Shown here piece by piece: positions 13,525 to 25,278 of a DNA stretch of 64,000 nt. Positions within the stretch are counted from its first letter, which is position 1, and every line of letters starts with the position of its first letter. Below the pieces are notes generated by a model that saw nothing but the letters and a program-made list of their open reading frames with translations, had not been told where the DNA came from and searched no databases. Both the position numbers and the translations under genes were made by a program. The stretch is from Eledone cirrhosa (lineage: Eukaryota), in the NCBI GenBank assembly GCA_964016885.1, contig CAXHJY010000184.1:682001-746000 (forward strand), in the 5' to 3' direction.

Positions 13525-13970
13525 TTAGACTGGCATCCTGTCCAGTGGGGGAGAGTCTTGTACTCTGTCACTTAACACCACAGAAACTGGAATAATCACC
13601 GGTCTGATGAAACTATGGGCTCGAGACAGACTTTAACCCTATGATGGACTGGTGTCCTGCCCAGGAGTTATTCTTGTAACTCCTGTCACTTAACACCAAT
13701 GAAACTAAGACTTTAACCCTATGATGGACTGGTGTCCTGTCCAGGGGTAGTCTTGTACCCCCTGTCACTTAACACCAATGAAACTAAGACTTTAACCCTA
13801 TGATGGACTGGTGTCCTGTCCAGGGGGTAGTCTTGTACCCCCTGTCACTTAACACCAATGAAACTAAGACTTTAACCCTATGATGGACTGGTGTCCTGTC
13901 CAGGGGGGGGGGGGGTCTTGTACTGTCACTTCATGCCACAAAAACCGGGATAAGTACTGGCCTGATGAGT
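13525..13970 (+). repeat. SINE 3' domain tandemly amplified (79-80-bp unit, about 4-5 copies)
   Basis: Unit agactttaaccctatgatggactggtgtcctgtccagggg...gaaacta starts at 13628, 13708, 13787 and 13867. A single-copy homologue lies in the SINE at about 38960-39080. Confidence 0.8.
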
Positions 13971-14989
13971 CTCTTAGAGACTCCTCATCACTACATACAC
14001 ATCATCCTGGTCTGGTCCCTTCCTATTTTCATTGCTGAAGGTTAGGGACCATAAACAACTACATCAAATCTCATCTATATGATGCTGTATGGCCATGATT
14101 CTTATCAGAGAAAAATGTGACGTCAGTGGATCCTAAATCATCTTCTGATCAATACTCAGAAGCTGGTTATCAAACTGCAGCTCATCTGCCTTCAGAAGAG
14201 TGAGGTCATTGGCCACTTGAAATGTTACCATGGTAACTAAGGAGTCCCATCTACACCTGTTTTCACAGACATATTGCCAACTATGGCTAACAAACTATAT
14301 TTTTGTTGTTTTTTTAATACACTATTGGCAATTTATGGTCATGTCAAGCTTCAGCTTGTCACTGGTACCATGCCCTGGTCTGGTGACAAGATTAAATGGA
14401 AAGTGGAACTCCAGCAAAAAAACAAAACAAAAAAGCTGTTAAAGGGGCAGATAAAGTCCTCAGAGTCAACAGCCATCCACCCCAACTATGAGCTAAATAG
14501 CCTCACTAACCCACAACTGACCAAGGGTGGTGAGTACAGCTACACCCCTGAAGACATGACCAAAACCCAACAGAAAGTGGCGGAGGTCAACCAGGGTGGG
14601 GTTCCACCAACAGGAGAAGGCCTTGTATTGGATTAGAGTGGATGGTCATTGACTATCCTCAGTTACTCTACTAATTACATCAAACTATTATATAACATAT
14701 CTATCCCTCTTGTAACCACCAACGACCAATAGAAATCAAACAACCAAACAAACAAGCAAAACTGTCTAAACCAAGACATTCCTCCAACAATAGTAGGTTC
14801 TTACCCCATTTACCAACGTAGGAGACTGGTCGCTTGAACTGCTAGAAATAGTAGCCAAAGTTTTTTAATCACACCTTACTGTCTTCAAGGACACATCAGA
14901 TATGTGCTCATAACTCTTAATGGAGCACCATAGTAATGTACAGCATTTCTCAGCCATTCTTTAAACCTAGTGGATATCATCTCTCCACA

Positions 14990-15182
14990 TCTGAACACAG
15001 ATTTCTTTCAGAGGAAAGTGATAGATTGGCACCCCAATACTTGACTGGTACTTTTTTTTATCAACCTCGAAAGGATGAAAGGTAATGTTGACCTCAGTGG
15101 GATTTGAACTCAGAGTGTAGAGAGCCGAAACCAATACCACAAAGCATTCTATTTCACGCTCTAATGACTGCCAATTCACTGC
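14990..15182 (-). mobile_element. tRNA-derived SINE
   Basis: The minus strand reads tggcagtcattaga...ctgagttcaaatcc...tttcatcctttcgaggttgataa...taccagtcaagtattgggg, the family that recurs throughout the window. Confidence 0.75.
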
Positions 15183-15374
15183 TTAATTTTAGGTATACTA
15201 TGTCTGAAAAAAACACAAAGAAAAAAGACAAGATGGTCACAGCTTGACAGCCTTTGTTTAAGATCTGTTCTACCAGGGATGACCTATAATCACCAACACA
15301 CACAACACATATTGGTACGCAAGATTGATTTTGACGTGGTCCATCTGACCAATATTGAACTAATGGGTTATTAC

Positions 15375-15550
15375 CTCCATGTGGATGTTCTCTGGTAGGT
15401 TGGAACACATCAAAAGTCAACGTGGCTCCATCTTCCATCTTTATTTCCCGCCTCTCTTTCCAGTTGTCCACATCTTTATTTCGACCGCGCACACCACACA
15501 CCAACGTCTGGAGATGACCATTTTTACCCCATAGTAACAATGGGATGTAA
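15375..15550 (-). CDS. ABHD2: Internal coding exon of an ABHD2-like alpha/beta-hydrolase (monoacylglycerol lipase ABHD2 family)
   Basis: Translates YIPLLLWGKNGHLQTLVCGVRGRNKDVDNWKERREIKMEDGATLTFDVFQPTREHPHG, matching the recalled vertebrate ABHD2 segment YIPPLIWGKSGHIQT...MSDGATSTFDLFEP. Bounded by acceptor ttttatattacag and donor gtaata. 176 nt, entry phase 2, exit phase 1. Confidence 0.88.
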
Positions 15551-15780
15551 CTGTAATATAAAATGAAATATAATGCCATATAAAATCCAATATATATTAA
15601 TAAAAGTAAATACAAATAAATAAAATCATTAATCCAACATTATGGACATTTGGTGAGAATGTCTCAGGAAAGAATCTCTGGACAGATTTTACGAGCAAAA
15701 CCAACCGGCAGGAGTAGACCCCATGCAAGATGGATGAATAACATCCATGATCTTGGTGTATATATATATATATATATATA

Positions 15781-16873
15781 TGTGTCAACCTGACAAAGAC
15801 TAAGTTTCTTGTAAATAGACGAGAAAACAGAACACAGATCCTCTCAGGGAAATGGCCTTGCTCAGTATGTAGGAAAGGTGTAGGTAGGAACTCCATTCTC
15901 TGCCCCAAATGCAAACAATGGGTACACAAGAGATATAGCGGGATCTCAGGAAGCTTAATTAAGAATGTAGGCTTCACATGTAGCAGCTGTGCTGGGACAG
16001 CAAGCAGCAAACAGCCACAGGACACAAGTACCACCAATCTCTGGGAGGGCTCTGTAGAAACAGTAGACAGCTTCTGCTACCTAGGTGACCGACTTAGCAG
16101 TGGAGGTGGGTGTTCAGAAAGTACAATAACTAGGGTAAGAACGAGATGGGAAAAGTTCAGGGAGCTACTGCCACTGCTAGCTGCAAAAGGCTTCTCCCTC
16201 AAAATGAAAGGCAGACTGTATGATGCATGCATACGAACAGCAATGTTACATGGAGGTGAGACCTGGGCGCTGAACGTGGAAGACTTACGTAGATTAGAAA
16301 GAAACGAAGCCAGCATGCTCCGATGGATGTGTAATAGTAATATACGCGAACGGCAAAGCATAAAAGAATTGAGAGAGACTGAGCATAAGAGGAATCAAAT
16401 GCTGTGTGCAGGAGAGGCGGTTGCGTTGGTATGGACATGTGATATGTATGAAAGATGACAGTTGCATAAAAAGGTGCAGAGCACTAGATGTCAATGGAAA
16501 CCACGGAGTGGGGAGACCCAAGAAGACCTGGGATGAGGTGATAAAAGCCGACCTTACCCAATTGCACCTCACAAAGGTGATGACACACGACCGTGACTTC
16601 TGGCGTCACGCAGTAATACAGAGTACCCCCCCCCCCCGGGTACAAACCGAAGCATATAGACAATATGCCCCACACCCTCCCACTGCAAAAAAGCACCCAG
16701 CACTCACTGTAAATGAGGTTGGTGTTAGGTAGGGCATCCAGCTGTAGAAATCAAGCCAGAATCAGTTCCCGTATGAGCAAGACAAGGTCAGCTGACCAGA
16801 CACTGCCCACAACAGGACAACCCGTCTAACCCATGCTAGCATGGAAGAACGGACGTAAAACGGTGATGATGAT
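15781..16873 (+). mobile_element. 5'-truncated RTE-clade LINE fragment
   Basis: MKGRLYDACIRTAMLHGGETW and RLRWYGHV...GRPKKTW with frameshifts, ending in ggacgtaaaacggtgatgatgat. Same group as 10227-12502. Confidence 0.93.
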
Positions 16874-17675
16874 ATATATATATATATATATATATATGTA
16901 TCAGTGTCCTACAATGCCTCTATAACTCAACCAAGAATTACAGCTACACACACACAAATATACATACACACAAGTACATGTTCATACATACACGCACACA
17001 CACACAACTATACATACACCCCATACATATGTACATGCACACATACATAAACAAATATATACACCCACAACCATACACAGTACCTTACCCCCCACCCCGT
17101 GACAGAGACCAGTCAAGGCAAGACTAACTTTGATCATAAGTTGAGTTGTTGAGAGTTAACCTGCGACATCAAATGAGATAAGGTCAGAAACTAGGACATA
17201 TATGTCAGAGTTTCTAGGTTATCAACAAATATGTCATACAATGGCCCTCAGTAGTACCACTTTCACTGCTGGATTTATTGCATGTATAATCCCACCCCAC
17301 CACCCCCATTTATCTCCTACACCACCACCACCACATGTCTGCTCCCACCCGCCACCACTACCCCATTTATCTCCTCGTCAGACCCCTTATAATGGTAATG
17401 GGAAAAATGAAAGTTACGCACACACACACACATTTATAACCATATAGTTTACCCCCAGTCAAGGGCTACATTCAAATATGTAGCCCCCCCCCCCCTCCCA
17501 ACCAAGACGGGCTACATACAAATAAGTAACCCCCCCCACCAGTATTATATTACATTATATTACATATATTCAGTTGAATGTAGAACATTTTACATATCAA
17601 TGAAAATGTCAAGAAATGAAAGAACAAAAAAAAAACATTTTTGAAATAAGTTATATTACCATGTACTTTTATATG

Positions 17676-18152
17676 TGTGTAGAGATAGCTGTACTGGTGT
17701 GTTGTGTAAATATAGCTCTACTGTTGGGTTGTGTGTAGATATAGCTGTACTGTTGTGTTGTGTGTAGATATAGCTGTACTGTTGTGTTGTGTGTAGATAT
17801 AGCTGTACTGTTGTGTTGTGTGTAGATATAGCTGTACTGTTGTGTTGTGTGTAGATATAGCTGTACTGTTGTGTTGTGTGTAGATATAGCTGTACTGTTG
17901 TGTTGTGTGTAGATATAGCTGTACTGTTGTGTTGTGTGTAGATATAGCTGTACTGTTGTGTTGTGTGTAGATATAGCTCTACTGTTGTGTTGTGTGTAGA
18001 TATAGCTGTACTGTTGTGTTGTGTGTAGATATAGCTGTACTGTTGTGTTGTGTGTAGATATAGCTGTACTGTTGTGTTGTGTGTAGATATAGCTGTACTG
18101 TTGTGTTGTGTGTAGATTAGGCTCTAATGTTGTGTTGTGTGTAGATATAGCT
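17676..18152. repeat. 29-bp minisatellite, about 16 copies
   Basis: Unit tgtgtagatatagctgtactgttgtgttg. Confidence 0.95.
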
Positions 18153-19114
18153 GGCCTGTGTCTGCCTGCCTGCCTGCCTGTCTGTGTGTGTGTCTGTGTG
18201 TGTGTGTGTCTGTGTGTGTGTACATTGATATAGCTCTACAGTTGTGTGTGTGCCGTGTGTGTAATTGTATATCTGAAAGAAATGGTGTCGCTATGTGCTT
18301 TTGTGTCACCACCATCATCACTGTCTCATTTTACGTCCGTTTTCTATGCAAACTTGCAACCATACGACTGACTCCAATTGTCTAATGACTGAGCCACCTG
18401 CCTCCACTGTAAAGTGGTATTAGGAAGGACATCCATCTGTAGAAACAATGCCATGGATTGCAGTATATGAAAGACATGGGTTATATTGACTAGTGTAAGA
18501 GTTACGGGGGATTTAGCAGAAATATGGGGGCTGGCAGCATTACTTCGTGTGAAAAAGGGATCAATGACAGAAGCTGCTTCAGTGACATATGTCAGATCGT
18601 TATCGTCAGTTATTACCCTTCCAAATATGAAATGGGAAACCTAAATTTGTTCCAGGCATGAAACTGGGTTCAACCATGAAGAGGGCAGAGAGGTGAGAGG
18701 AATATAAGGAGCTGTGGTGCCTCAGACCACCACTCAGATGAGATGAAATTCGCTCACTTTGCCAGCCCTGCCATATTTTTTACTCTTATCCACCGGCATA
18801 AATCCGTGAAAACTCTTCCCCACCGACACAGACTTTGATAAGATCAGAAATTGTTTGGCCAACCTAAAGTTCACCTCCAGACATGTCTACACTTCATGCT
18901 AGTCCAACAAACTATTAAAGCCAACATCGCAAGCAACTCTATTGATATCTTTAACAATGATTAATTATGTCATTATGTTTATATATATTTACTGCCACAA
19001 GATAAATTTAGGTTTAACAGATCAAAAGATAGGCTGCTGTGTATTGTAACTAACCAACTAAAATATTTCCTGTTTATTAAAGAGAGTGTGTGAGCTAACA
19101 GTAATGTTATTAAC

Positions 19115-19708
19115 AAGCCACTAAAATGTAAGGGGTTACTGAGAAGAGAGGACAAGACAGAGGGAACATAGTCCCTAGTAAGGCAATAAAGCCACTAAAA
19201 TGTAAGGGGTTACTGAGAAGAGAGAAGGACAAGACAGAGGGAACATAGTCCCTAGTAAGGCAATAAAGCCACTAAAATGTAAGGGGTTACTGAGAAGAGA
19301 GAAGGACAAGACAGAGGGAACATAGTCCCTAGTAAGGCAATAAAGCCACTAAAATGTAAGGGGTTACTGAGAAGGGAGAAGGACAAGACAAAGGGAACAT
19401 AGTCCCTAGTAAGGCAATAAATCCACTAAAATGTAAGGGGTTACTGAGAAGGGAGAAGGACAAGACAGAGGGAACATAGTCCCTAGTAAGGCAATAAAGC
19501 CACTAAAATGTAAGGGGTTACTGAGAAGGGAGAAGGACAAGACAGAGGGAACATAGTCCCTAGTAAGGCAATAAAGCCACTAAAATGTAAGGGGTTACTG
19601 AGAAGGGAGGACAAGACAGAGGGAACATAGTCCCTAGTAAGGCAATAAAACCACTAAAATATAAGGCGTTACTGAGAAGGGAGAAGGACAAGACAGAGGG
19701 AACATAGT
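19115..19708. repeat. 77-bp tandem array, 8 copies, equal to the LINE 3' UTR
   Basis: Unit aagccactaaaatgtaaggggttactgagaag...agtaaggcaata, contiguous with the LINE stop codon region. Confidence 0.93.
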
Positions 19709-19784
19709 TCAAAGAGCGAGAAGATGATTGATGTTGCTTTTGAATTGTTGCAAATTATAATTAAAGGTTAGGAAAGTAAGAAGT

Positions 19785-20398
19785 TGGAAGAGAGTTACAT
19801 AGGTGAGATGTGAGAGGGGAGAAACTGGGAGAGAGTTACATAGGTGAGATGTGAGAGGGAAGAAACTGGGAGAGTTACATAGGTGAGATGTGAGAGGGGA
19901 GAAACTGGGAGAGAGTTACATAGGCGAGATGCGAGAGGGAGGAAACTGGGAGAGTTACATAGGTGAGATGCGAGAGGGAGGAAACTGGGAGAGAGTTACA
20001 TAGGTGAGATGTGAGAGGGAAGAAACTGGGAGAGATGTGAGAGGGAAGAAACTGGGAGAGATGTGAGAGGGAGGAAACTGGGGAAGAGTTACATAGGTGA
20101 GATGTGAGAGGGAGGAAACTGGGAGAGAGTTACGTAGGTGAGATGTGAGAGGGAAGAAACTGGGAGAAGATAGTTACATAGGCGAGATGTGAGAGGGAGG
20201 AAACTGGGAGAGTTACATAGGTGAGATGTGAGAGGGAGGAAACTGGGAGAGTTACATAGGTGAGATGTGAGAGGGAGGAAACTGGGGGAGAGTTACATAG
20301 GTGAGATGTGAGAGGGAAGAAACTGGGAGAGTTACATAGGTGAGATGTGAGAGGGAGGAAATTGGGGGAGAGTTACATAGGTGAGATGTGAGAGGGGA
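19785..20398. repeat. About 40-bp purine-rich tandem array, about 15 copies, equal to the LINE 'LTSHLCNSLP' segment
   Basis: Unit gagagttacataggtgagatgtgagagggaggaaactgg. Confidence 0.93.
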
Positions 20399-20929
20399 TA
20401 AAGTATCAAAAGAGAATATATCATTACATTTAGGAACATCAACTGTAAATAGGTGAGACCTAGTTGCTAGTCTGGTGTGTTTAAACTTGTGAAAATGAAG
20501 CAACAAAGAGATATCAGAACAATTCCCATGAAAACATTTATAAAAGTAAATGGAACTAAGTGGAATAACTTAAGCCATCAAACAGACATCCATATATGTG
20601 TACGTATATATATGTACTCATGTATGTGTACGTATATGTGTACCCATGTGTACATCTACCCATGTCTACATGTGTGCATGTATACGAGTACCCATGCCCA
20701 TGTATGCATGTCTGTATATATGCATGTATATGTGTACGTATACTGCCACGATACATAGAAATATACATATAGATAATATATATATATATATATACACACA
20801 CTATATACATATACAACACACACACACACACACACACACATTCAAAGTAGGAACAAAGTCTCAGGATTGCATCATATTTAAACTTTGTGTGTGTTTATGA
20901 GACGGTGCGAGAATGTTTATGAGACTGTG

Positions 20930-21140
20930 TGTATGTGAATGTGATTGTGTGTGTGCACGTGAATGTGATTGTGTGTGTGCACGTGAATGTGTGTGCGTGT
21001 GTGTGCACGTGAATGTGATTGTGTGTGTGTGCACGTGAATGTGATTGTGTGTGTGTGTGTGATTGTATGTGTGCACGTGAATGTGTGTGTGTGCACGTGA
21101 ATGTGTGTGTGTGCACGTGAATGTGTGTGCACGTGAGTGA
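20930..21140. repeat. Compound (GT)n-gcacgtgaat minisatellite
   Basis: Repeated gtgtgcacgtgaatgtg with variable GT length. Confidence 0.85.
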
Positions 21141-21699
21141 ATGATTGTATGTGTGTGTATGTGAGTATGTGTGATTGTATGTAGGTAGGTGAAGGTGATG
21201 TCATCACCAAAATCTGAGTGGGATGTTCCATTAAATGTCTTCAGTTTTCTGTTATTAACAGACAGGTCTAAGGTGACCATGACACACATATGCTGTTAAA
21301 TACAGAGTCATGCACATCACACATGATTTCTGTGAATGTTAGCTAACGATACAGAGAGAATAGAGAGGAGCACACTCAACAAAGAGGAGCAATGCCTGCC
21401 ACATTACGTTTTCACTCCTCCTCCTGGCAAACCAATATATTTCACTTTTCAGTTGGTTTCTATGCACACTTCAGAATGGTTGCTAAGCATCTGCACCCTG
21501 TACACTGACAGAACACACAGCTTTGTCAAGTAGCAAGTCAACAAATAGATTGGTAGTGAGGGAACCACTCGTCGTGATGGTGAAAAGGCAGGTGCTCCCT
21601 TGCTACGGTCACCTACCCTACCACATCTAAACCCATCCTTCAGGGAACAGTTGACAAACAGTGAATAAAACTGCCTAAACTCTAAAATCTATCTTAAGC

Positions 21700-21966
21700 C
21701 CGGAGGTTCATCTGGCTGGTGTTTATCCCACTTTCCTTGGTATTAAACAACTGAGAGAACTAGACTTCCTCCCCCCTGGACTGGACACCAGTCCATCGTA
21801 GGATTAAACCTTCAGTTATTGCTGGTACTCATTTTCAGCTGAGTATACTGGAGCAATGTGAAATAAAGTGTTTTACTCAAGAACACAACACACGACTCGG
21901 TTCAGGAATCAAACCCACAACATTATGATCTTAAGTTCAACACTAACCACGAAGCCATGCACCTTC
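21700..21966 (-). mobile_element. tRNA-derived SINE
   Basis: gctggtactcattttcagctgagtatactggagcaatgtgaaataaagtg...taaccacgaagccatgcacct, related to 38800-39080 and 60346-60660. Confidence 0.75.
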
Positions 21967-22234
21967 AGAAGAAGGAGAGAGAAAATCCTGGTCGGATGAC
22001 ATCAAAAGCTGGATAAGTCACAGCACCACAACCCTTCTACGCATGACAGAGAATAGGGACCTGGGGTGACTGCTGACTGCAAAAACCTTTACAGTGGCAC
22101 CCCAATTACTGGCGAACTTGATGATATATACACTAATGGATTTGTGCCATTAATAATGATGGCAATAGTATTAAACTTATCTAATTCTTGGAGTCTAAGA
22201 TTTTTATGCCATTTATACCGAGATTAAAAAAACT

Positions 22235-22548
22235 GAGGCACTCCGTTGGTTACGACGATAAGTGTTCCTGTTGATACGATCAACAGAACAGCCTACTCAT
22301 GAAATTAATGTGCAAGTGGCTGAGCATTCCACAGACACGTGTACCCTTAATGTAGTTCTCAGGGATATTCAGCATGACATAGAATGTGACAAGGCTGGCC
22401 TTTCGAATTACAGGTACAACACATTTTTGCCAGCTGGGTGGACGTGAGCAACATGAAATAAAGTGTCTTGCTCAAGGACACAACACACCGCCGGGAATCA
22501 AACCGACAACCATACAATTATGAGCTGAATACCCTAACCACAAAGCTA
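22235..22548 (-). mobile_element. tRNA-derived SINE (different 3' body)
   Basis: Shares the tgaaataaagtgtcttgctcaaggacacaac core and a tRNA-like head with the other SINEs. Confidence 0.75.
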
Positions 22549-22727
22549 CAGGATTACTGGGTATATGAACAATGATACTGGAAAATTGTGTCTTGATATT
22601 TTAATGGCTTGCATAAGGGTTATTGAAACACAGTAACAATATATACCATCATCGTTTAATGTCTAGTTTCCAAGCCAACCCTGCTATTTTATCATCTGAG
22701 AACTGGGCAAAAAATCCAAACCTTATT

Positions 22728-23225
22728 TACAAGACAGAGAATATAATTGAAAGAGAGAGATGATTGATGCTGGGTTTGAATTGTTGGAAATTGTAGTTAA
22801 AGGTTAGGGAAGTAAGAGAAGCTGGGAGAGTTACATAGATGAGATGTGAGAGGGAAGAAACTGGGAGAAGAGAGTTACATAGGCGAGATGTGAGAGGGAA
22901 GAAACTGGGAGAGAGTTAAATAGGTGAGATGTGAGAGGGGAGAAACTATGAGAAGAGAGTTACATAGGTGAGATGTGAGAGGGAAGAAACTATGAGAAGA
23001 GAGTTACATATGTGAGATGTGAGAGGGAAGAAACTATCAGAAGAGTTACATGGGTGAGATGTGAGAGGGAAGAAAACTGTCAGAAGAGAGTTACATAGTT
23101 GAGATGTGAGAGAGAAGAAAACTGTCAGAAGAGAGTTACATAAGTGAGATGTGAGAGAGAAGAAACTGGGAGAAGAGAATCTATGAATTTAAGTACTTCA
23201 ACTGAAACTAGGTGAGACTTAGGAC
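22728..23225 (-). mobile_element. Second copy of the CR1-group LINE 3' fragment with about 9 copies of the same roughly 40-bp unit
   Basis: gatgattgatgctgggtttgaattgttggaaattgtagttaaaggttaggg matches 19723-19775. The array spans about 22825-23178 and the flank aactgaaactaggtgagac matches 20441-20460. Confidence 0.8.
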
Positions 23226-23491
23226 TAAACAATTACCACCAGTTTTGTGGCCAAGTCAACACTGGTCAAGCTGATTTATGATCAAAGACCATCCAGTCCA
23301 GGAGGGCGATACCTCCTATATCATCTATCAGACAGGCTAATCCAAGACATTTTCAACATCTCAATTACCATATTTGGATATACTTTACAAAAAAAAAAGA
23401 AAAAAAAGAAAAAGAAATTCACCGAGGGGAATCGAAAGCATGGTTAAATCATGTATTACTATTAGTATTACTAATGCAGTAATACAATATA

Positions 23492-23969
23492 TCTATATAT
23501 ATAAAGTTGTAGTTCCTGTCTGTTTGTTCACAAACTCATATGGTTTTGGAGATAACCATATATATTCTGAAACCACACTGCCCAGAGTACTTGCATAAGT
23601 ATATTTCATTTTAATCAAAGGGTTCCCCCGGGGCACAAACCCCCACCGAAAATTTTTTCCCTTCGATTTATATGAAATTTAAACTATAGGCAAATTACAA
23701 GGTATGATGCCTATTCACAAAAGTTTTGAATTGATATTTTGAAAAAAATTATTTACAATAAACAAAATAAGAATAAGATTTAATAATGTAATTTTGATTT
23801 GATATATTACAAAAAATGTTTTCCAATTTTTCATGCCTTACATTTTACATTGAGTAATATTGAAATGCAGAGTTTTTCTCCATAAATTATATCACTGATT
23901 TAAAATCATTCATTTTTCTTACAAAAAAAAAATGAGTGAAACGCAGCAAGGCGCTGGTAATTCGGCTAG
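23492..23969 (+). mobile_element. Non-autonomous Helitron
   Basis: 5' a|TCtatatatataaa start, 3' hairpin cagc-aaggc-gctg about 10 nt before CTAG|t, inserted between A and T with no TSD. Confidence 0.75.
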
Positions 23970-23984
23970 TATAATATGAAGTCA

Positions 23985-24412
23985 AACTTTAGTACTGACT
24001 GAAAGAATATGATCACGAATACAAGCGTCCGAAATGGGCTTCCTCCAAAGGGTCTTTCAGCTACACACTCTATCAAGTAACATTATTTAGCTTGGAGATG
24101 AGAGAGTCACTCCAGGTAGAACTGCTACTACTCCAAATTGAGAGATCACAGCTCTGATACTATGGACATGTGGTTAGAATGTCTCAGGAAAGAATTGCTG
24201 GACAGATTTTACAAGCAAAAGCAACTGACAAGAGACCCAGGGGTAGACCCCGAGCAAAATGGTTGGATTACATCCATGAGTTTGGCTGGTTTTGCTTGGG
24301 AATCCAGCCGGCTCAGTTGGAGGAGGCTGTGTCTGACAGGACCCACTGGAAGGAGTGTTTGAAGACTTCACCCCCACGACCCTCTCGGGAATAAGGTGAA
24401 GAAGATGATGAC
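23985..24412 (+). mobile_element. RTE-clade LINE 3' fragment (second family)
   Basis: RIQASEMGFL...YYGHVVRMSQERIAGQIL...RPRGRPRAKWLDYI, followed by a gaagatgatga tail. Confidence 0.85.
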
Positions 24413-25173
24413 GAACTTATATAAGAGTTTCTGAAGATATAAACTAATGGCTTGACTAGAGCAAATCTTAACTACAGAAGAGGCAGCGAATTAGAGTTGT
24501 TAGAATGTCAGATAGAATGCTTTGCGGTATTCATTTCAGCTCTCTGAGTTCAAATCCTGTTGAGGTAAACAAAAAAGTACCAGTCAAGTACTGGGGTCGA
24601 TTTTTGCTCTATCTCTTTCTCACTTCCTTTCTGACACTCTTCTTTGAAAGAAATCTACTGTATTCAGACCTGGAGAGGAGATGGGCTCTGCCAGGTTAAA
24701 AAAAAAAAAAAAAAAAAAAAAGCCCTAGACGCCATATTGAGATACGGCATCCTACGACTCCCTTAGAAGTCACGGATTCATACATACAACCTACAGAAGA
24801 TATTGGTATATTCCTTACATTATTTACCTTCCATAACAATGGATGATGAATGTTCCTTAATGGCAGGCAACTTTAATGAAGAATCTAAACACCAGTCACC
24901 ATTTACATTGAGCAGACAACAGCAATGGTGCTGCACCCCCATTTCACAAATATGGGATCACAAAACATCACAGGAGACAGCCAGAAGTTTCAAATCTTAC
25001 TCCTAGTTTTTTGTAACCAAAACAAACAAGCAATGTACCAGTGGCTGTCATATATGAAGGGGCATGCAATAGACCAGCATATATTGTAATATATATGAGG
25101 ACAATTTTACTGTTATTTCTAGCTTGTCAAGTGACTATTTAGAGGTATTTCAATGGATCAGTGTTTGCGAGGT

Positions 25174-25260
25174 ATACCATACATAGTATACCATACATAG
25201 TATACCATACATAGTATACCATACATAGTATACCATACATAGTATACCATACATAGTATA
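25174..25260. repeat. 14-bp minisatellite, about 6 copies
   Basis: Unit gtataccatacata. Confidence 0.9.
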
Positions 25261-25278
25261 CACAGGTATACTGTATAT

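Larger units (their letters stand above)
19075..20510 (-). mobile_element. 3' fragment of a CR1/L2/Jockey-group LINE carrying two internal tandem arrays
   Basis: The minus strand encodes TRLATRSHLFTVDVPKC...LTSHLCNSLP...YNLQQFKSNINHLL*, a typical ORF2 C-terminus, followed by a 3' UTR. Confidence 0.75.

Noticed and set aside
13600-13640. ctgatga...ctcgagac in the SINE tail as a hammerhead
   Set aside because: It has GAGA instead of GAAA and no stem I or III. It is an ordinary SINE 3' stem-loop.
14274-14636. 120-aa plus-strand ORF
   Set aside because: Non-ATG start, no recognisable domain and no splice support.
20861-21289. GDDIT peptide resembling vertebrate ABHD2, and His/Thr-rich ORFs
   Set aside because: Wrong order relative to the exon, and it runs into a microsatellite. 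Chance match.
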